Below, one piece after another: positions 58,173 through 64,000 of a stretch of DNA of 64,000 bases (position 1 is its first letter; every line of letters begins with the position of its first letter). Source of the DNA: an uncultured archaeon (GTDB lineage: Archaea > Asgardarchaeota > Thorarchaeia > Thorarchaeales > Thorarchaeaceae); the NCBI GenBank assembly GCA_964558645.1, contig CAZLEV010000006.1, forward strand, positions 64,001 through 128,000, read 5' to 3'. The position numbers and the translations under genes are program-made. The notes beneath the pieces were generated by a model, which had not been told where the DNA came from, did not search any database, and saw only the letters and a list, made by a program, of their open reading frames with translations.

Positions 58173-59364
58173 CCTCACAGACTATGCCATCGGCAATGTG
58201 TTCAAGTATCGAACAAAGAGTATTGCAATCATATCGATATTGGTAATCTCATCAGGTCTCCTTGCCTCACTGGAGTTCATCAGAGAGGGGGTCGTACAGG
58301 ATGTGATTGCCTCAATGGACGAGGGGCCGGATGTGATAGTTCAGAGGCTCGAAGGGGGGAGACAAGTGGCAGTTCCAGTCGACTGGCGAACGAATATCAC
58401 ACAGATATCGGGATCCAGACTCGCCTCCGCCAGAGTATGGGGATATGTCAACATAGGAGGAGGACAGCTCCTCACGGTCATGGGAATCAATGCATCCGAA
58501 TACTCTTCGATACCGGGGATGGTCGGTACGAACATAGTGGGACAGGGAAGGTTTCTGGGAAACAACGATAGCAAGAAGATGGTTGTGGGGGAGGGAATCA
58601 TAGATTTGATGCGGGGTGCAGCACACCCCGTGGAGGTTGGCATAGGTAGTAGAATCCAGCTGATTGCCTACGATAACTCATTGGTCGAATTCGAGATTGT
58701 TGGAGTGTTTGCATCGGAGTCAAAGGTGTTCAGCTATGACCTCATAGTCACCGACACAGATAGTGCACGCCAAGTGCTTGGGATTGGGCAAGATGAGTGT
58801 ACAGACATAGCAATCTGGGTGAACTATGGTACGAATGTGGATGCAGTGGCATTGGTCATAGATACGGACTTCCCCGAAGCCAGAGTTCTCACTAGGCAAG
58901 GGATGACGGATATGAGTCTGAGAACATACCTTGGGCGTTCTGGCATTCTTGCTCTCATGTGGGCTGTGTTAGTATTGGCTGTGGTCATGACTGCCATTAC
59001 ATCATCAGGTATAGGATCGGAAGAGGCCAGACGGGAGGTGGGACTCCTCAAGGCTCTTGGATTCGATACGGCAAGTGTTCTCGAGATTAGACTCATAGAG
59101 TCGCTCGTCGTCAGTGTCCTAGGAGGTAGTCTGGGCATCTCATTGGCAATCGTGTTTGATTTTGTGTTCCAGGCCCCTCTGCTCTCAGGATTCATTCTTG
59201 GATGGAGCCTCGTCCTGATAAACGGAGGAATACCGCTGGCAATCTCCGTTGAGACGATATTCATGGTCTATACTGTATCCGTAGTGCCAGTTCTTGTTGC
59301 CACCGTGGTACCAGCATGGCGAAATGCAATCACAGACCCCGACATTGTATTGAGGGGGGTGTAG
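58150..59364 (+). CDS. ABC transporter permease, LolE/MacB/FtsX family
   Basis: TM1, large extracytoplasmic domain, then RREVGLLKALG..LIES and three TMs; ends PAWRNA..DP..VLRG. Confidence 0.9.
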   Translation: MGLRRHANLTDYAIGNVFKYRTKSIAIISILVISSGLLASLEFIREGVVQDVIASMDEGPDVIVQRLEGGRQVAVPVDWRTNITQISGSRLASARVWGYVNIGGGQLLTVMGINASEYSSIPGMVGTNIVGQGRFLGNNDSKKMVVGEGIIDLMRGAAHPVEVGIGSRIQLIAYDNSLVEFEIVGVFASESKVFSYDLIVTDTDSARQVLGIGQDECTDIAIWVNYGTNVDAVALVIDTDFPEARVLTRQGMTDMSLRTYLGRSGILALMWAVLVLAVVMTAITSSGIGSEEARREVGLLKALGFDTASVLEIRLIESLVVSVLGGSLGISLAIVFDFVFQAPLLSGFILGWSLVLINGGIPLAISVETIFMVYTVSVVPVLVATVVPAWRNAITDPDIVLRGV

Positions 59365-59365
59365 A

Positions 59366-60049
59366 ATGGATACAGCAGTTCGAACCGAGAGCGTATCCAA
59401 GCTATACAGGTCGGGTAGAACTCAGGTTGCAGCCCTCAGAGATGTGAGTCTGACAATCAAGAAGGGGATCGTGACAGTGATTGCAGGCCCAAGTGGTTCT
59501 GGAAAGACCACACTTCTGAGCATCATTGGCCTGCTAGCAAGACCATCTGAAGGGCATGTGTATCTTCGGGACAGAGAGGTGTCAGGCATATCAGACATAT
59601 TCCGAAGCAAAATGAGACAACAAGAGATCGGGTTCGTGTTTCAGAACCAGTATCTGCTCCCTCAACTCACTGCGGTTCAGAACGTGGCTCTTCCCTGTCT
59701 GGCTACGGATATGGCACGGGGTGAGGCTGAGAGGCTTGCAAGAGAACAACTCTCTCGTCTTGGCTTGGAAGACCGACTCGACTTCCGGGTGGCAGAGCTG
59801 AGTGGCGGAGAACAGCAACGAGTGAGTATTGCACGGGGGCTTATGAACAATCCTTCCATTCTTATTGCAGACGAGCCGAGTAGTTCAATGGAACAAGACT
59901 TGGTGGAGTACCTCCTCGACCTGCTCCGAGCAATGTGTGAAACGAGAGGATTGACAGTCATTGTGGCATCACACGACCCACTGGTGCTGGACTGGGGAGA
60001 TGAGGTCTACCGCCTCTCACAGGGAGAGCTGGTTGATTCTCAGCAGTAG
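59366..60049 (+). CDS. ABC ATP-binding protein, LolD-like
   Basis: GPSGSGKTT, IGFVFQ, LSGGEQQRV, ADEPS, SHD. Confidence 0.94.
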   Translation: MDTAVRTESVSKLYRSGRTQVAALRDVSLTIKKGIVTVIAGPSGSGKTTLLSIIGLLARPSEGHVYLRDREVSGISDIFRSKMRQQEIGFVFQNQYLLPQLTAVQNVALPCLATDMARGEAERLAREQLSRLGLEDRLDFRVAELSGGEQQRVSIARGLMNNPSILIADEPSSSMEQDLVEYLLDLLRAMCETRGLTVIVASHDPLVLDWGDEVYRLSQGELVDSQQ

Positions 60050-60235
60050 TCACCGTTCATTGTATGTTAGGCAGACTTGGACTTCAGAGAGTTGTCCCCC
60101 CAGCTAACGGCACTGGGTGATCTCAGTCGTGGTGAGCGATAGTGTGTGAATGACCAGCTCTCAGTCATGGGCTGGAAGCTATAGACTCCTGCGCTGAACT
60201 GCCCAACTCTGTCCACGTTTTCGGTAGCTGTTGGT

Positions 60236-61222
60236 CTACCCTGTCAGTGAAACGAGAACGTGGGTGAGAAGTGAGACCATACTGAACAAGATACTCACCG
60301 TCGAAGTCTTCAGAAGAAGTGTTGACAGGGGCTGGATTGATTCACCATCGAGGGAGCGGTCTTGCCAGCTCCAGTCCATGATTGCTCTCCAGCCTGCTGA
60401 GGCGATACCAAGCCAAAAGAGAGCTGTGAAGAGGGCCGTGTCGGGGAACTCTTGGAAAAGGCAGTACGGACAGTGATGACTTGGGAGACCAAGAACCAAC
60501 GGGGCGTAGGTATCATGGAGCACGAGGAGATAGACGAAACCTGCAGAGAGAGCCAGAAGAAGAGTTGGACCTAACCGTATCTTGGGTCTGAGATGACTCC
60601 ATTGAACAAGAATCAAGACGGTTGCCAAGGCAATAAGAAGTGCAAGGAGAAATATCCCGAATTCGGGGCCAAAGAGAGCGGAAGGGGAGAATGGTGGATC
60701 GACATCGTAGACGCTTCCACAGCACGGAGCAAAGACCGGCTTCACAGTCGCAACAAACAGGACGTCCACAGCAGCCTCGATGACAACCATGGGCAGGAGA
60801 ATCAGAAGGAACGAACGGGCCAAGTGTGTCATGAGAGGGAGTTCGGGATGGGTACGGTTCGCCAGTTCAAGCACAATCCAGGCACCGTAAGCAAAGGGTA
60901 GCACAATCTTCAGGGCCAAATCAATGAAAGAATACGGGTTGCCCACATTCATGACACCATATGCACACATCGCTCCGGGACAGAAGGGAACGATAGACTG
61001 AAGCATCCAGAAGAAGACAGGCACTATGAGAAGACGCCCGAGGAGAACAATGATGCCAATCATGGACAGGAGATAGTACTTCTGTTCAGAGGCCTCGTAC
61101 TCCTCCAAGTCGTCCCGTGAGTCCTCCATCATGTCCGACGCCACAAGGCCGCCATAGAGAGCCAATGCCAAGGAGAGAATGGCCACTACAAGGACTACGA
61201 TTGTGGTAACGGTGAATATCAT
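60236..61222 (-). CDS. Multi-TM protein with Cys/His motifs
   Basis: About 8 TMs with CPGAMCAYG, PCCG and SHHCPYCL in loops. Confidence 0.75.
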   Translation of the reverse strand: MIFTVTTIVVLVVAILSLALALYGGLVASDMMEDSRDDLEEYEASEQKYYLLSMIGIIVLLGRLLIVPVFFWMLQSIVPFCPGAMCAYGVMNVGNPYSFIDLALKIVLPFAYGAWIVLELANRTHPELPLMTHLARSFLLILLPMVVIEAAVDVLFVATVKPVFAPCCGSVYDVDPPFSPSALFGPEFGIFLLALLIALATVLILVQWSHLRPKIRLGPTLLLALSAGFVYLLVLHDTYAPLVLGLPSHHCPYCLFQEFPDTALFTALFWLGIASAGWRAIMDWSWQDRSLDGESIQPLSTLLLKTSTVSILFSMVSLLTHVLVSLTG

Positions 61223-61356
61223 GGACTATACCGGATTGTGAGGCAGAGAAAACGACCAATAAAGCGTTCCGCCTGTTCTAGCAGTCTTGAGAGCGGAGAT
61301 CTGTACGAACGGTTAATCAGGATTCTCCTCGAATGAAGACATGGTGATATTATACT

Positions 61357-61593
61357 ATGGCCTTTGCTGTTGCTGCAGCGACACATACCAGCTCCTATCG
61401 TGTGAAGTTCAAAAGAGAGGAGTTTATCAGACTCATAGATCGTGCCGAGCCAGAGAGGATCTACCAGACCGGGCGCATGCATTTCTTTGCATTCGATGGC
61501 TTTGTGATGTATACCTTCGAGTGTGAGGACGAGGACTTTCGGCAGGAAGTCTTCCACAGTATCGAGTTCTCGAACACTCAATGGTCCGAATAG
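61357..61593 (+). CDS. Small hypothetical protein
   Basis: 78 aa with a GGTGA RBS upstream. Confidence 0.6.
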   Translation: MAFAVAAATHTSSYRVKFKREEFIRLIDRAEPERIYQTGRMHFFAFDGFVMYTFECEDEDFRQEVFHSIEFSNTQWSE

Positions 61594-61653
61594 GCAGTCC
61601 TCTAACCGGGTATTATATCCGGAATGCGCTCATCATGTACTGGCGGGAATCCC

Positions 61654-62151
61654 ATGGCGGATGCAAGTACATCTGACGATGAAGAAGACTTTGGCGAAGC
61701 AGACCTGTTTGAGGCCATCTCTCACGAAACCAGAATTCGTGCCCTCTTTGCACTTCGAGATGAACCCCTTGGCTTTGCAGATCTCAAAAGGAAACTGGGC
61801 ATCTCAAGCAGCGGAAACCTGCAACACCACATCAGGAAGCTCGGAGGGGTCATTCATACAGATGAGACAGGGATGTACGCACTCACAGATCAGGGACGGG
61901 AGGCAATAATCGCGATACATGCAGTCAGGACTCTCGAGAATCGCAGGAAGTCGATTCTGCGCAGTATGACCGTGGTTGCAGTCTTTGCGTACTATGTTGT
62001 ACAGATGAACATACCATTTCTCTTCGGCACGGTGAACGCCATGACTCCTGTGCAAGCATTCTTGAGCTCTGCCGTCTTTGGGATCATATTCTATGTGCTA
62101 TGGAGAGCTTCATTGAAGCTGAATCCAGACCGGATTCCACCACAGAACTGA
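61654..62151 (+). CDS. ArsR-type wHTH regulator with two C-terminal TMs
   Basis: FEAISHETRIRAL..LGFADLKRKLGISSSGNLQHHIRKL..YALTDQG plus a hydrophobic tail. Confidence 0.85.
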   Translation: MADASTSDDEEDFGEADLFEAISHETRIRALFALRDEPLGFADLKRKLGISSSGNLQHHIRKLGGVIHTDETGMYALTDQGREAIIAIHAVRTLENRRKSILRSMTVVAVFAYYVVQMNIPFLFGTVNAMTPVQAFLSSAVFGIIFYVLWRASLKLNPDRIPPQN

Positions 62152-62165
62152 TGTGAGGCCACGAG

Positions 62166-62594
62166 ATGTCCGATGAATTCAATATTTCAGAGGGGCTGAC
62201 ACACGAAGACTGGGAAAAAGTTCGAGCCCGCTTTGCAGCCTACAACGCCGAAAAGAGTGACGGACTATCAGGGGAGCCCGGCCTAGCTGTGCAGCTTGGC
62301 CTGAAGGATGAAGATGGAGAAATCAGAGGAGCGCTCGCAGGACGGGCGACGTACAGGAGTTTCTGGATTGACCTGCTCTGGATAGACGAGGGCTGCCGCG
62401 GAAGAGGGCATGGGACACGGCTTGTGCACGAGGCAGAGAAGATTGCCAAGGAACAGGGCTGTATATCTGTTCAGACCTCCACCTACTCGTTTCAGGCTCC
62501 CAAGTTCTACCGAGCCCTTGGCTACGAGGTCTTTGGGGAGTTCGATGACTATCCAGATGGCATCAGGAAGTACTTTCTCGGAAAGAAACTCTGA
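62166..62594 (+). CDS. GNAT N-acetyltransferase
   Basis: LWIDEGCRGRGHGTRL, TYSFQAPKFYRALGY. Confidence 0.92.
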   Translation: MSDEFNISEGLTHEDWEKVRARFAAYNAEKSDGLSGEPGLAVQLGLKDEDGEIRGALAGRATYRSFWIDLLWIDEGCRGRGHGTRLVHEAEKIAKEQGCISVQTSTYSFQAPKFYRALGYEVFGEFDDYPDGIRKYFLGKKL

Positions 62595-62651
62595 TACACC
62601 AGGTCCCGCAGTTCTTAAATGGAGAAATGACTGAGTTGAATCGGTGGTAGA

Positions 62652-62903
62652 ATGGCTGGAAGATGGTCTTTCGCAGTCAACGCACTTTCCTTTGCCATAG
62701 GATCTGCGCTTCTCATGATCTCTGTAGCAAGTGTCGTGCTTGGTGCTGCCTTCATAGTGGACCCGCCAAGTCACTTCAACTATTATTCCTACATGTATTG
62801 GACCACGATAAGTAGCGGTCTGGGAGCATTCCTCGGCACGCTGTTGATGTTTGTCGGGTGGAAGAGAGAGAAGGCAGAAACATTTGTAGGCACGGCTCAG
62901 TAG
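62652..62903 (+). CDS. Small two-TM membrane protein
   Basis: 83 aa with two hydrophobic helices. Confidence 0.6.
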   Translation: MAGRWSFAVNALSFAIGSALLMISVASVVLGAAFIVDPPSHFNYYSYMYWTTISSGLGAFLGTLLMFVGWKREKAETFVGTAQ

Positions 62904-62925
62904 TGAATGACGAACTAAGATGAAT

Positions 62926-63783
62926 TCAGACCTCGGAGTCCGAAACCGTATATTCGACGTTACCTTCTAAGGCGTATATCACTCCACAGTCCCACTGTCC
63001 GTAGGTCTCACCATTTCCCAAGGTCAGATTCCACGGCACATCGAACCACTCCCCTGTGTGGTTTGTGGCCGTCTGGAAGACACCGAGGGTGTAGTCCGTC
63101 CAATAGTAGCTGAACGATATCATGAAGTTGACCTCATGGCCCGCAATCATCAGAGCATCGCTTCGACTAATCGAGAGGGCAAGAAGAAGAGTAAACACAA
63201 CACTGGAGTCCTCGGGACCCAACCTGGTCAGGTCGAATGCAAGCTCGATGGTACAGAGATGCGTGAGAGAGTTGTTGGATGGCTGGGGCACGTTGTCTTC
63301 CAAGACTATGCCACTCACCTTACCGACATCGCCCTGAGCATCCCAGGTGACAGAGCTCTCAAGACCCGCGTGATACTTCACACTGTTCTCCCCATACTCT
63401 CCAGAAGTGCTGTTGACTGCAGGGGTGTAAGATACGTGGACCGAGTCCCCATCCCCCAGCTGGGTGAGTGATACCGCATCCATCCACGTGAAATCCGTGC
63501 TGCTGTCAGTTGCATCCATTGCGAAGACGTCGATACGGGCCTTTGAGGGAAGTGACATGGTCAGGCCTCTGCGATAACCGGCCACTGCCCCCATGATGAA
63601 CATCGGAAACACATGAGAGGTCTGGTCAACAGGATACCAGAACTCCTTCAGCGTCAGGAATGCCGCATCGCCGCTTCCGCCGTCGGGAAGCGGTGACAGT
63701 CGTGTCCCAAGCAGGACAAATGTGAAAAGAGGTGTGATCACAATCACGAGTAAGAGGACTGCCTTGATTTTGGTTCGTTGCAT
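62926..63783 (-). CDS. Membrane-anchored/secreted hypothetical protein
   Basis: Likely start ATG 63783; basic N-terminus, TM, then a Ser/Thr-rich beta ectodomain. Confidence 0.65.
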   Translation of the reverse strand: MQRTKIKAVLLLVIVITPLFTFVLLGTRLSPLPDGGSGDAAFLTLKEFWYPVDQTSHVFPMFIMGAVAGYRRGLTMSLPSKARIDVFAMDATDSSTDFTWMDAVSLTQLGDGDSVHVSYTPAVNSTSGEYGENSVKYHAGLESSVTWDAQGDVGKVSGIVLEDNVPQPSNNSLTHLCTIELAFDLTRLGPEDSSVVFTLLLALSISRSDALMIAGHEVNFMISFSYYWTDYTLGVFQTATNHTGEWFDVPWNLTLGNGETYGQWDCGVIYALEGNVEYTVSDSEV

Positions 63784-64000
63784 TGCCCTTCGTATGTCAA
63801 TGTCCTCCTTCTGAATATCAGTCTTTCCAACGACTTGTCTTGATAGATGCGGATGATGAGCCAGAAGACCACAGTATAAGATGGTGGACTGAGAGGGGTT
63901 AGAAGAATCAATGTTCAACTCAGTACTATGAAACCATTGCCACGATAAACACCTGCACCCGTAGGTGAAGAGTATTCTTGTTTCATTCCAAGTTCTCGAT

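Noticed and set aside
60050-60235. ATGA-CCAGCTC..GGGCTGG hairpin as a possible SECIS element
   Set aside because: The tandem GA core does not pair cleanly, and I noticed no in-frame TGA selenoprotein candidate in the flanking genes; it may be a convergent terminator.
1-64000. CRISPR arrays, rRNA, and long antisense ORFs (e.g. 55647-56399, 36882-37460, 32349-32939, 49363-49929)
   Set aside because: No repeat-spacer periodicity or rRNA-like sequence seen by eye; the long antisense ORFs lie opposite well-supported genes and lack motifs.

Overview
Archaeal chromosomal window of about 50% GC, mostly housekeeping genes. Gene content suggests an Asgard archaeon, probably Thorarchaeia (inference): eL33, eS8, uL16, SRP54, proteasome beta, Taw1, Trm5, Smc-ScpA-ScpB, roadblock, EMC6-like, Vps29-like, PCI-like and 24-aa LRR proteins. 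About 65 CDSs and three tRNA genes are supported. No CRISPR array, integrase or transposase was seen. The top finding is at 33227-33422: a tRNA-Asn(GUU) gene split by FOUR 29-31 nt hairpin introns (positions 22/23, 28/29, 37/38, 43/44). Each intron has bulge-helix-bulge-like geometry, two internal exons are only 6 nt, and splicing gives a canonical 76-nt cloverleaf ending G-CCA. The gene shares a promoter motif with the two ordinary tRNAs nearby. The second finding is an accessory locus at 54.1-61.2 kb. It has a secreted linalool dehydratase/isomerase (LinD)-like enzyme plus an ECF S-component, divergent from an operon encoding a NosL-like protein, small Cys-motif membrane proteins and a LolDE/MacB-type ABC system, which converges on a Cys/His-motif membrane protein. 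A methanogen-type thiol:fumarate reductase (TfrAB) with class I fumarase is also present. All calls are by eye from motifs; no database searches were run.
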